Shown: positions 10,631 to 23,501 of the stretch, piece by piece
Position numbering within the stretch: position 1 is the stretch's first letter
Layout of the letters: each line of letters opens with the position of its first letter
Origin: Amoebidium appalachense
Lineage: Eukaryota; Protista; Ichthyosporea
Assembly: GCA_963693365.1 (NCBI GenBank)
Contig: CAVNZM010000005.1
Coordinates: 9,156,334-9,220,333 of the forward strand
Length of the DNA stretch: 64,000 nucleotides
Reading direction: 5' to 3'
Made by a program: the position numbers and the translations under genes
The notes under the pieces: generated by a model
Told to the model about the DNA's origin: nothing
The model's database searches: none
Seen by the model: only the letters and a program-made list of their open reading frames with translations

Positions 10631-11747
10631 GATTTCCGGAAAATTTGAAATCTCGGGCTGTAGGGGGAAAAGGGGGAGGAGGAGGGGGGGGGGGAGGGGG
10701 GGGGGGAGGGGGAAGGGGGAACTGGGGGGGGAAGGGAAAGGGGGGAGGGGAGACGGGGGGGGGGGGGGAGGGGAAGGGGGGGGGGGGGACGGGGAGGGGG
10801 ACCAACAGAAAGGGAGACTCATTTTTTCAGGATAATCATCTGGTTGCTACTCTCAGGCTTTTTTGATGAGCTTCCTTCACCATTCTTTGTCACCATCCCT
10901 TTTGTTTTCGTTTGCACTTGTTTCTCTCTGCTTGTCGTTTTCTCTGTGAGCAGTAATAATTCCCCAACATTATCCGTTCTTCCTTTCATTTTATTCTCTT
11001 ACAAACCGATGAGGGAGGGAGGGGGGAGGGGGGGATGGGGAAAGGGGGGAGGGGGACGTGGGGAGTGGGACATTTAGATATTTTTACGGGGTGATTGTAT
11101 AATGGCTTTTCCAAGTGACGTTAGGGGATATTAAACTGTATGTACTGTATGAGGGGAAGGGGGAGGGGGAGGGAGGGGTGGGAGGGGTGGGGGGACAGAT
11201 GCTCGTTTCTGGAGAAAGTTGTCGTAATGTGGAGAAACAACCCATCAGGAGAATTTGTGGAAAGGAATGCTGCTTGTGTTTGAACACCTGCGGTTTCTGT
11301 TACTGTATGCATTGGTTCAGGAATATTCTCGATGCCTTTGAATTCTGCCCCCTTCTCCCCGCCCCCCCTCCCTCCCTCCCTCTCTGCGCTGGGCGCAAGA
11401 TTTTCCTGAGCTTACATTGAAAACACAAGGAAAGGCCGATGGATTACCTCTATATCAGTATATCAGTATAAAGAATTTCAAAGATTCTTAGGCCTCATTA
11501 TCTTGGCTCGATGTGTGGTGCGGTCACCGGCTGCTTCTCGTTTATTTCAGGAGCCCCCCCCCCCCCCCCCCTTCCCTCCCCCCACCCTTCCCCCCCCCCC
11601 CCCCCCCCCCCCCCCCTTATCTCTCTCTGTCCCCCCGCTTCCCCTTCCACCCGCCCATCGCCCCACCAACCCACACCCACCCTCACCCACACACACACCG
11701 TGCTGCAGCAGCACACACACTCACACACACACACACACACACACACA

Positions 11748-12112
<365 letters not shown>

Positions 12113-12731
12113 CACACACACTCACAAACACACACACACGCACACCACCGACACCAACAACATCACCTGAATTTTTGATGCCCCCCATCCCCCCCCCCCC
12201 CCCCCCTGCGTCCCTCCCTTCACCTCGCCTGCCTCCCTCCCCTACAACTCATTCTCCCTTACATAACACACTATCTATTTCGTAAAAGCAAAAACATCAC
12301 GTCGATAGGCACACCGTGTCTACCCACATGTCTACCTCTATCTTCCGAAGCATTCCATCCCCCCTCCCCCCCCCTGCCCCTGGGCCCCCCCCCCCCCCCC
12401 CTCCCCCCCCCCTTTCCCCCCCACCCCCCCCCCCAATCCAGCCACCACGGAACACCCCACTGCCTGTACCTCGACCCCCAACCCACCCAAAACCAGCATC
12501 ACTCCCGTAGAGCCCAGTTTCTATTGGACATTCACCACTTATTGGTGGGGATCCCCCCGGGGCCACCCCGGTCAACACACACGCACACACGATCGTGCAC
12601 ACACGCACACACACGCACACCACATGAACTACACACATGCACGCGGACTATGATAGTTATTGATGCATACTCCATCCCCCCCAAGTCGTTGTACCCCCCA
12701 CCCCCCCCCCCACCCCACCCCACCCCACCCC

Positions 12732-12764
<33 letters not shown>

Positions 12765-12998
12765 CCCACCACCACCATCTCCTCCTACTCCTCCCTCCAC
12801 ACACCCCCGCCGCCCGTCACAGCACGTTTTTGCACCGAAAAACTTTTGAGCTGGATTACTCCCATGATATATACCTAGACAATCGTGCAAAGTGGGGGTT
12901 CAATTGGTTTTCGTGCTAGATTGGGGCATGGGATGTTAGTGTCATGCTTTGGGAATAGTCTGATTCGTTACATTTTACGGGGCCTCCCATCCATCCCC

Positions 12999-13052
<54 letters not shown>

Positions 13053-13115
13053 CCGCCGCCGCCGCCGCCGAACCCTCTTCCTTTCATTTTCTCTGGAAAC
13101 CCGGTGACCCCCTCT

Positions 13116-13146
<31 letters not shown>

Positions 13147-13605
13147 AAAAAACGCATTGTGCTGGCGTACAACCACGTCGTGACAATGTCCTCGAGGCCC
13201 TTTGCTACATTTGCCAACAGTTTATTCTTTCTACAGTTTCCAAAGAACAATCACACACGCATACTGTAACACTGCATTCAAGAATAAATTACACCATCAA
13301 CACGTATGTAATCACCCTTGCCTCTTGCACACAATATTAGGCACTGGATCTGAGCACGTGGTAAGGAGGGGGGCGGGGGGAGGGGGGGGAGGGGGGATGG
13401 GGTGAGGAGGAAGGAGGGGGGGAGGGTGGGATGTTTTGGGGGGGAGGGGGGTGGGGGGGAGGGGGGGATGAGTGGACTCCCAGAAATTTTCCCCCGGAGG
13501 GAGAGGGGGGGGGGGAGGGGGGGGGGGAGGGGCGAAGGACGGGCGCTCTCAGAATTTTCCCCCCGGGGGGGAGAGGGGGGGAGAGGGGGGGAGAGGGGGG
13601 AGGGG

Positions 13606-13643
<38 letters not shown>

Positions 13644-14100
13644 TCCGTCAACCCACCATTCCCCTCCCGTCCCCCGCTCCGGCACCACCACCTAACACAA
13701 ACGGCACGCACAATGGTGGATGTGTAGCATGGATAGTCTGTTAGCTAGATGTCTTGGTCTGGTATTCTTGTGCAGTTGTATTGGGCAGAGAGTGTTTAAA
13801 AATTTGACGTTATGTGACGCCGATCAAGACACGATAGCACACGTTAAATTATCAGGTTCCAAAAAAAAAACAAAAAAAAAAACAAAAAAACGTGTCAGAA
13901 TGCAACATCACACTCAGCATACATGTCAGCATGTACATGTTCACCGTGACTTCTGTTGTCCTGTTGTCGTTTGCCCGGAGACAATTTTTCTCCCTTTTCA
14001 AAGTTCTCCGGGCCTTTTACCATTAGTTATTCAAGTATTTCACTAACTGAGTACCTTCTGTCCACCTGACGTTTCAGTCAATACTCTTTTACACACAATC

Positions 14101-14625
14101 ATGGATACCAAAGCCACACCCATGATTCACACTTCACCCCTCCAAGTCACATCCGCACCCACACCCACATCAATTCACACACCCACCACACCCACTCACC
14201 TTGACCCCCTACCCCTCGTTCTGTTCAACAGCGACCTTCTTCGGCACATCTTCTCGTATGTTCCGCAGCGCTCACGCACTGCCTGCACGCTCGTGTGCAA
14301 ACAGTGGTGCCACGTGGCCCGCTCAGTGCCCCTCCACGTCAAAGTCAAATACGGCACACACTGGCACCAGGTGGAGGCTGGGGTGGGGCCGTGGGGAGAC
14401 GCCGTGGCCTCAATTAGAATCACAATGTCGTACACATATTTGGGATATAGTGAGGGGTCGGGGCATGTTGATCAAAAAATTACAAAAATGGCACTGAGGA
14501 CTGCTCACGAGCGTGTGTCCTTTCTGCGTGCCAAGTTGTCGAAACTACGCCATGCTCGTCAGGCTCTGTTCACCCTTGATAAAATGTACATACGGTGGGA
14601 GAGCAAGGGGAGAGATAGAATTTAA
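14101..14625 (+). CDS. Intronless F-box domain protein, copy 2
   Basis: Same F-box block (SDLLRHIFSYVPQRSRTACTLVCKQW) with a divergent C-terminal half. Confidence 0.75.
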   Translation: MDTKATPMIHTSPLQVTSAPTPTSIHTPTTPTHLDPLPLVLFNSDLLRHIFSYVPQRSRTACTLVCKQWCHVARSVPLHVKVKYGTHWHQVEAGVGPWGDAVASIRITMSYTYLGYSEGSGHVDQKITKMALRTAHERVSFLRAKLSKLRHARQALFTLDKMYIRWESKGRDRI

Positions 14626-14689
14626 TCAAGTCAGGCTGTCACCACTTCCCACCTTAATACAAAGCGCGAAAAGCTTATTGAGTGAGATG

Positions 14690-14880
14690 ATACATCTTTG
14701 CAAATTTCGTGCTGACTTAAGGCCAATGAAGTTTGACGCATCTTGGTGCAAAACAAAGTTCGCAGATTTCGTGCTGATTTTAAACCAATGAAGTTTGCCG
14801 CATCCTGGTGCAACACAATCTTTGCTAATTTCGTGCTGATTTTAGGCCAATGAAGTTTGACGCATCCTGGTGCGACACAG
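14690..14880. repeat. Three ~60-bp tandem repeats just 3' of F-box copy 2
   Basis: Unit approximately atttcgtgctgattttaggccaatgaagtttgacgcatcctggtgcaacacaatctttgc, starting ~14704, ~14766 and ~14828. Confidence 0.85.
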
Positions 14881-15858
14881 GGGGTGAGTTGTCGCTCTAT
14901 CAGGAGTCTAACCCGGGGCTCGAGAAGGAACTTTCAAATGAAATGGTCGGTTCATGTCGGAATGCTTTTTGAGTCGTGCTGTTAACAGTTATGTGGATGG
15001 GAGTGAAGGTTTTTAGGGGGGACGAGAGTTGGGGGAGCGGGGGGGGGGGGGGGGGGGGGGGAAGGGGGTGAGAGGGGGGGGGGGGGAGGGAGGGTTTTTT
15101 TTTGTTGGGGGGGGGGGGGGGGGAGGGAGGGGGGGGGGAGGGGAGGAACAGCAGAAAGAGAGTTTTTTTTTTTAGGTAAATCATCCGGGTTGCTACTCTA
15201 ACTACTCAGTGATGACCTTCCTGAACACTTCCCTCCACCACCCTCTTTTTTTCTTCGTTCGCATTCGTTTATCTCTGCTCTTTTTTTTGCCTGTGAGTTA
15301 AATTAAATTCTCGAACACTGGCCGTGCTTTCTTTCATCTTCTTCTCTACGACAACACTTGGTGGGGAGGGAGGGGGAGGGGGGGGGGGGGGGGGGAGGGG
15401 GGGGGGGGAGGCAGAGGTTTATTTTTGATGGTTGTCGACCTTATGGTAATGTGAAGCAACAATCCATTAGGAGAATGTGTGGAAAGAAAATTTTGTGTAA
15501 ATATTTGCACAACCCTAGTTATTGTCACTGTGTGCATTGGTCCATGCAAATGTATGCTCGATCTTAGAAGTTTTAAGATCATGAAAGATCATGATTCCTA
15601 CGGTGGCTCTTAACATTTGGATATATGTCGTATTACCATAGATTCTGAATCTGTCTTATTTGAACACCCCCCCCCCCCCCTCCCCCCTCCCCCCGATTTT
15701 CAAGTGTTGAAAACATGTGAAAACCCAAGGAATAGGGAAGATGATTTGTTTTCAAATAAACTGACTTTGAGAGATTCTAAAAATTTTGTCAACGCGTGGC
15801 CTCATTCTCGTTGCACGATATCTGGCTCGTCACTGGCTGCTTCTCGTTTTCTCAAAGA

Positions 15859-15889
<31 letters not shown>

Positions 15890-16139
15890 CCCCCCCCCCC
15901 CCTCTCCTCCCCACCCCCCCCCCCCCCCCCACCCACCCACACACCCCCCCACCCACTCACCATCACCTCCTCCTCCTCCATTATTTGATGGCCTCCCCCC
16001 CCCCCCCCCCCCCCCTCCTTTCCCTCCCCTCCCTCTCCCCTTTCCTTGAGGCCACCCACTCTCCCTTGCTACAACAATCATTTTATAAGCAAAAATCACG
16101 AAGTCCACCCACGTATCATCCGCATGATCTTCCGAAGTA

Positions 16140-16200
<61 letters not shown>

Positions 16201-18109
16201 CCACCCACCCACCCACCCACCCCACCCACCCATCCACCACCGACCCCCAGCTTATACCTCGACTCACAACCTACCCACCCAAAACAGCATTATTTTTCTA
16301 TTAGACATGAACCACCACTTATGGTGGGGATTCCCCCCACCCCGGCCAACATGCACGCACACACATACACACACACACACTTTGCGCGCACACACGATAA
16401 TGCACACACATGCACGCGCACACGCACACATAATCACACACACGCACACAGGTCCGACAATGATATTCATTGATGCATGCCTCTTCCCCCCTCCAATCAC
16501 TGTACCCCTTCCTCCCTCCTTCCCTCCCCCCCCCCCCCCCCCCCCCCAACTCGTCCCCTCACCCGGCCACCCCCAACCCCCTCATCCCCCTTCCCTTTTT
16601 CAGAATTTCTCTGGGACCGGCATTGTCTTTGCGCCGGACGACTCCAACTGCATCATACCTAGGTAGTCGTGCAAATTGGGGGTTCAATTGGTTTTCGTGC
16701 TAGACTGGGACGCGGGAAAATTAATTCTTATGTCTTGGGAATAGTCTGATTCGTTACTTTCTAGAAAAGGTTCTTGTGCAGTTTTTTGTATGTGAAAAAT
16801 TCGGCAGCCACTCCAACACCCTCACTCCTTAGGAGGTGATGGGCGGGGGGGGGGGGGGGAGGGGGGAGGGGGGGGGAGGGGGGGATAGTGCGATTTGTCA
16901 ATGAAGGATGGAGGGGATCAGGGAAATCAATAGATTTGAATTGCAGAGTATGTAACCGTATTGGGTGAGGCTGGCAGAGTGACATACATAGTCATAAAAG
17001 AACTTCGTATTTCTCGACACTATGCGACATTGCCTTGCGTGTCTGGGGGATGGGATTCTTCCCTACCTTCAGTGCAAAATTTTCCCGGTGCAAATTTCCT
17101 GCAACCCCCCCCCCCCCCCCCCCCCCACCTTTACTTTTTCCTTTATTTTCTCCTAAAAGCCAGAACAACCCCCTCCCCCCCCCCCCCCCCCCCCCCCCAC
17201 CCAAAAAACAAAAACAAAAACAAAAAAAAAAACGCACCTATGCTCAACCACAAGCACGTGTGCTCGAGTGAGCCTCCTCAGTAGTACTACGTTTGCCAAC
17301 GGTGTATTCTATCTACGGTTTCCAAACTTTATACTCACACACTCATACACATGCAGGATCCGGAATAACCTCAAATCAACACTTAGTCAACCTTGCACTT
17401 TGCACACAATACTAAGCACTGGGTTGGTGGAGGGGAAGGGGGTGGCGGGGGGAGGAGGGGGAGGGGGGGGGGGGAGATGGAGGGGGGGATGGGGGGGGGG
17501 GGCTCCGAGATCCCCCCCCCCCCGGCCGGAAGAGGGGAGGGGGGGTGGGGGGTGGGGGGAGGGGGAGGGGGAGGGGGAGGGACCCGGGGAAAGAGGGGGA
17601 GATCCCCCCCTCCCCCTTCCCACCCTCCCCAAACCCCCCCCCCCCCTCCTTCCCCCCTCCCCCTCCTCCGGCACACCTTCCCTCACCTGAACCACCACCT
17701 ATAGCACAAACGGCACGCACAATAGCGGATGTGTAGACAGAGCAAAGACAGCAATAGAGTATCGGTTAGCTAGATATTTTGGACTGAGTATCCCCAACAA
17801 GCAGTGTGTTGGGCAGAAAGTGTTTGACCTGATGGGATCCGAACGATCACTGATGACGGATACACGTCAGCGGATCATGGTGATATATCATGACACGATA
17901 GCACACGTTTTTTCTCAGGTTTAAGGTAACGTGGCTTCGGGACACTTAAAACTTCTGTTGTTCTGCTCAAAGGCTTTTCGCCAGGGGCATTTTTTTTCTT
18001 TTCTTTTTTTTCAAACTTCTCCCTTTTATCATTAGTTATTCAATTGTTTCACTAACTGAGTACCTTTTGCCCACTTTACGTTTCAATTGCACTACTCGTT
18101 CCGCACATA

Positions 18110-18673
18110 ATGGACGCCACATCTACCATTGGCACTTCCACTTCCAACGTCACACCTACCCCCACATCAACTCCCACATTAATCAACACACCCACCACAC
18201 CCACTCTATTTGACCCCCTCCCCCTCGTTCTGTGCAACAGCGACCTTCTTCGGCACATCTTCTCGTATGTTCCGCAGCGCTCACGCACTGCCTGCACGCT
18301 CGTGTGCAAACAGTGGTGCCACGTGGCCCGCACAGTGCCCCTCCACGTCAAAGTCCCATACGGCACACACTGGCACCAGGTGGAGGCGGGGGTGGGCGTG
18401 TGGGGGGAGGCCGTCACCTCTCTTCGTATTCCGTGCACTTCATTTATTCAAGTTACGCACGGACCGTGGTTTATCGATCGAGCGAAAATCATTGTCGCAC
18501 ATGAGTGTTTGTCCTTTCTTTTTTCCAAGTTGCCCAAACTTCGTCGGACCAAGTTCTACAAAGTCTCTATGCGCAACATGAACACGGGGTGCCATTGGTC
18601 TACCTTTTACGACGGCACACAGAGTGTCAACACCCTTCTGAGTGAGATTTTGGAAAATTTCATGTGGGTTTGA
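18110..18673 (+). CDS. Intronless F-box domain protein, copy 3
   Basis: Same F-box block. C-terminus ends QSVNTLLSEILENFMWV. Confidence 0.75.
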   Translation: MDATSTIGTSTSNVTPTPTSTPTLINTPTTPTLFDPLPLVLCNSDLLRHIFSYVPQRSRTACTLVCKQWCHVARTVPLHVKVPYGTHWHQVEAGVGVWGEAVTSLRIPCTSFIQVTHGPWFIDRAKIIVAHECLSFLFSKLPKLRRTKFYKVSMRNMNTGCHWSTFYDGTQSVNTLLSEILENFMWV

Positions 18674-19876
18674 GCGATGGAAATTTACGCATGCCTAGCT
18701 CACCACAGCGGACCAGCTACGACAGGGAGTTAATGCCTACACGTCAATCTAAAGAGGGGGCTCCTACCATTTGTGGCCACCTTACACGATGGTGAAGGGT
18801 CTGATTAAGTGACGTAATTATACCGTGGGGGGGAGGGGGTGGGGGGCAGGGGTGAGGGGCGGGGCAAGCAGAATGGGGGGACTCATTTTGAGCACATTTT
18901 TCTATTTGCTATTAGTTATCGTCTTCGTCCCCTAGCCCCCCCCCCCCCCCCCCCCCCCCTACACGTCCCCCCCCCCCCCCCCCCCCCCCGCCTCTCCCCC
19001 TCCTCTCCCTCCCTCCCCCTTTTTGGTTTTCATTTTTTTTTTATTTTTTTTTTTAACCTTTTTCCCTGAAATTTGGTCTTTTTTGGTCTTCCCTTACAAC
19101 TTGGAACGATTACCCGACATTATTTTGCTTTTCGGCTCCCCCCCCCCTCCCACCCCCCACCGCCCGCTCTTCCTCCCGGGGCCCTCCCCCGATCCCCGAT
19201 CCCCGATCCCCCATCCTCCCACTTCCCCCTCTTTCCCCCTTTCCTCCATCCCCTCCCCCCCCCCCCCCTCCCCCCCGCCTCCCCCCCCTCCCCCCCCCCC
19301 CCCCCCCCCCCCCCCTTCCCCCCAACACCCACCCTCCCCCTTTCTTTTGGACTGCGTGTGTGTGTGGTGGGAGGTGGGGGTGGTGGTGGTGGGGGGGGGG
19401 GGGGGGGATGACAATATGGTTTTCGTATGCCCTAGTATATGACGGGCCATTCTAACAAGGCTTTACAAGTGATGTTACTGTACAGTGGAAAGAAGACATG
19501 CATGAGCATTCATTTTCATTGATCAGCACACCCCAGTATGTGCAAAGCAATAAACGAATAATCCCAAAGCCACTGTGTGTTTTAGCTGACTTTGGTAAGC
19601 CTTAGGCGAAGTGATTCTCCTCCGAGCAAACTTGCAGCCATAATTCATGGAGAACTTAAATGAAAGTTTGTGTTAAACTTTAAAACACTTGGACTTTTTG
19701 TTCATGTACGGTATGCACCTGGTTCAGTTGTGGCATCTGCTAAATTACGGTCGGTACATGTGCAATTGCGGCTGTATTTCAAAACCAGTTCACTGTGATC
19801 TGTCTTGACTCCAAAAAAAAAAAAAAAACATTGATTGTGCACAGTATCCATTCATCTGAAATGCCCCCCGCCCCCT

Positions 19877-19907
<31 letters not shown>

Positions 19908-20105
19908 CCTTTCTGCTCAGCCTAGCTAAAATACATTATTGAAAACGGAAACTCTGACGGAAAAAGGAAATGATGAGGGGAAAAAATCACGAATTGGATT
20001 GAAAAAGAACTTGGGAACGTTGCCTCAACTTCTTTACACCCCTCTACATAGTATCCACCCAAGGCCTGTCATGAAATTCCCCTGCACGTCGATTTCTTCT
20101 GTCTT

Positions 20106-20140
<35 letters not shown>

Positions 20141-20148
20141 ACACACAC

Positions 20149-20271
<123 letters not shown>

Positions 20272-21185
20272 CGACAAACAAAACACACACAAAAAAAACA
20301 CACCCTAGCACACCAGGCCCACATCTATACTATACACAGGCACACACCACCCGTGACGTACCACCATAAAAATTGCACACCACCTAACTGACAGTCCACG
20401 AACTTGATCAAAGATACAACAGGAAGGGAAGGGGAAAAAAGAGCCCAAGAGGATGGTTTGCCCAAAAGATTCTGATGGCGGTAACGAGAAGCCGGTCAAT
20501 AAAAACTTCGTTAAAAAAGAAAGAACCAAAAAAAAGAAAAGATAAGAAACTCTGAAAATATACTTAACAGCACACACAACGGGCCCATCCAGCCACCACC
20601 AGCCCCGTCTCTCAGCTCCCCCACCCTCCCCCCCAAACTGTCCCCACAGCATCTACATCCACACGTCACCTCATTACTTATCACACACAGCCGCTTGCTT
20701 TCGTGCACTTTCAATCTCCTCACTACCTCTCGGCAATCGTTCTTTACCCTACCCCCCCCCCCCCCCCCCCCCCGATCCCTCCCCCCCCCCCCCCCCCCTC
20801 CTCTCTCCCCCCCTCCCCCCCTTCCCCGCCCCCTCCCCCCACCACCACTACCCCCCTCCAACAATCCCCCCCCCATCCCCCCCCCCCCCCCCCCTCCCCC
20901 ACCCACCCACCCACCCACCCACCCCAAGTATTTGGCTGGGGGACACCTTCTTCATAAAGCCCCTCGCCTCCTCTACTCTTATTCTAGGCATGTAGGACTA
21001 GGATGGGTAGGGTGGAGATTTTGGATGGTAGGAGGGGTACTAGGTATTGTTGGATTTGGCTGGGGGACACCTTCTTCACCTCGTGTGTTGGTGTGAGGGC
21101 TAGATATCTCTCTCTACTTTTATATCAAGCTTCCGTCACGATATAAGATGAAAATAAAAATCCTAAATACAGAAGATGTCAAAAT

Positions 21186-21250
21186 GTCAAATTTCGGAAA
21201 ATCGTCAATTTTCGGAAAATCGTCAAATTTCAAAAAATCGTCAATTTTGG
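21186..21250. repeat. 18-bp tandem repeat (gtcaa(a/t)tttc(gg/aa)aaaatc) x3.5 within the NUMT
   Basis: Units start at 21186, 21204, 21222 and 21240. Confidence 0.85.
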
Positions 21251-21401
21251 AATTTTACCAATCATAGTTTGGAATTTATGAATTTTATAAGAATCTTAAA
21301 TTGTTATTAACAGATTTATAAGATAGAATAAGTAATTTAGTACGATTAACATTGTATGTTAGGAATTAAATTAAATCATTCAATGTTAGGAAATAATAAA
21401 G

Positions 21402-21794
21402 ATGAGAAAACACGATAAACAAGAATTAATATATGTAACAGAAGAGAAAACGAAAGGTAGAGAAATATTTAAGAAGGTGTATGCAATAGGAGAAAAGGAA
21501 TATGCAACAATAAGTGTAGAATTAGGATTGTCAAGCAATCAAGGTAGAGGAGTAACGTCATATGAAAGAAGTCAAATTGACAATTATATTAAGAGACGTA
21601 TGAAGTTTACAACATTAATTACAAATGACTTTCATATTAAACCTATTGAACAAAATTTAAGAGCTGCTACTAATTCTAAGATTTTAACTTTACAAAACAT
21701 TAAAACATATAAAGGTATTCGCCATAAAAAGGGATTACCAGTAAATGGACAACGTACTAAAACTAATGCTGTTTCGGCTAGACGTAAAAGATAA
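21402..21794 (+). CDS. rps13: Mitochondrial ribosomal protein S13 (uS13m), intact ORF inside NUMT
   Basis: KKVYAIG...LGL and the C-terminal YKGIRHKKGLPVNGQRTKTNA match the uS13 signature (YRGxRHxxGLPVRGQRTxTNA). Extreme AT3 codon usage. Confidence 0.9.
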   Translation: MRKHDKQELIYVTEEKTKGREIFKKVYAIGEKEYATISVELGLSSNQGRGVTSYERSQIDNYIKRRMKFTTLITNDFHIKPIEQNLRAATNSKILTLQNIKTYKGIRHKKGLPVNGQRTKTNAVSARRKR

Positions 21795-21854
21795 CTAGTT
21801 TATCTTAACAAACAAGTAATACCTTTAGAGGTTATAATTTAGGCAATAATAAAG

Positions 21855-21900
21855 ATGATAATAGGATCACCATTAGAACAATTTGTAATAAATCCATTAG
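21855..21900 (+). pseudogene. atp6: 5' fragment of mitochondrial ATP synthase subunit a
   Basis: MIIGSPLEQFVINPL carries the conserved Atp6 N-terminal SPLEQF motif. Similarity and AT-richness stop at ~21900. Confidence 0.75.
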
Positions 21901-22298
21901 CGCATTCATGTTATATCGTATATTATCCCAATTGTTTCATGCACTCCTGTTATTCATGCACCCATGCTATACCATGTGCAATCACAATTGATTTATGTAT
22001 TCGATTCTCCTCCTCACTTCCCGTCCCCTCTTTCTCAATTTTGCGTCCTGAAAGCCTATTGTAGCCGTCCGATCCTCACTCCCTTTCCTTTTATTCCACA
22101 GCCCAACTTCGAACATAGGGCCTACCCACCCCCCCCCCCCCCTCTGCCCCCCACGCCCACCCACCCTCCCACCCACTACTGATTCATGGAATCCCTTACT
22201 TTAAGGTAAGCTTTCTGCCCTTTCTCCTTCCCCTCTTTCTTTATTCATATCCACCCTCGGAGTCCCCCCTGCCCCCCCTCCCTTCCCTCCCCCTCTCC

Positions 22299-22332
<34 letters not shown>

Positions 22333-22580
22333 CACACACACCCACACCACCACGACCACTGACCACCACCACCACCAACCCACCCACCCACCCACTCCCC
22401 ACCCTTACACTTCCAAATCTTGCTGGATCGCTCGATCATCCCTTAGGACACACAGTAGTTGGTTCCACTACACATCACACATTCTCACCTACATCACCCA
22501 AAGGCAGGCTCGATCCTACAAACAACAACAAAGAGGCTAGCGCTGCTACAAGAAGCTCGGTTACACGTGCCACACAGTGA

Positions 22581-22582
<2 letters not shown>

Positions 22583-22662
<80 letters not shown>

Positions 22663-23150
22663 CGGTATGTGTGTGTGTGTGTGCGTGTGGGTGCGTGTGG
22701 GTGCGTGTGTTTGGGTGCATGTGCGTGTGTGTGTGCGCGCGTTCGTGCGTGCGTGTATGGATGGGTAGGTGTGCGTGTGCATGTGTGTATGTGTGTGTGG
22801 ATGCATGTTGTGCGTGTGCATGTGTGTGTGCGTCGTGCGTGTTTGCGCGTGACGCATGCATATCGGTTGTGTCCGCACAGTGTGTGTGTGTGGGCGCGTG
22901 TGCGCGCACGCGCGCCGTTGTGTGTGTGTGAGAGCTGTGTGTGTGTGTGTACAAAATGTGTGTGTGCCACGGTGTGTGTGCCACGGTGTGTGTGTGTGTG
23001 TGTGCGTGCGTGTGCGCGCGCAAGTGTGTGTGTGTGCGCAGACGCCTGTGTGTATGTGCGTGGGTATGCGCGCGCGCCGTTTGTGTCTGTCTGTGTGTCT
23101 GCAGGGTGCGTTTCATATATGTGTGTGTGCATCATGTGTGCATGTGTGTC
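22583..23150. repeat. Degenerate (GT)n/(GC)n microsatellite
   Basis: Direct inspection of the sequence. Confidence 0.9.
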
Positions 23151-23501
23151 CCGCGGGGGGGCGGGGGGGAGGCGGGAGGAGATGAGAAGGGGAGGGGGGG
23201 ATGGACTATGCCATTTGCTTACAAAGGTTAAGGCTCTTTACTATAAACTTTGGTCCAAGGATTACATCCCTTTTTAAAAAATCAATTAGATGCATGACTG
23301 TTGCCGGCTCATTCGCATTAAATTTAAGGGTCACTCTTGGGCTATTTCATCATCATCAAATCCTACACCCTGCTAGTGGGCCAGCAGCCACGCACATTTC
23401 CAAAACTAATCAATTTCGAGTATAATATATATACATATATCAAAAGAACACATTTTCTAGAACACAAAAAAAGGCTTTAGCATATCGTAGAAGGTATAGA
23501 C

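Larger units (their letters stand above)
21100..21900 (+). other. Nuclear insertion of mitochondrial DNA (NUMT); left boundary approximate
   Basis: Abrupt very AT-rich block free of G/C homopolymers. Contains rps13 followed 60 nt later by a truncated atp6 start. Confidence 0.85.

Noticed and set aside
20930-20945. tttggctgggg resembling a conserved LSU rRNA segment
   Set aside because: The match is only ~11 nt and the flanks do not continue as rRNA.
21855-22064. 69-aa ORF as a complete gene
   Set aside because: Only the first ~15 codons are Atp6-like; the rest is read-through into unrelated nuclear sequence.
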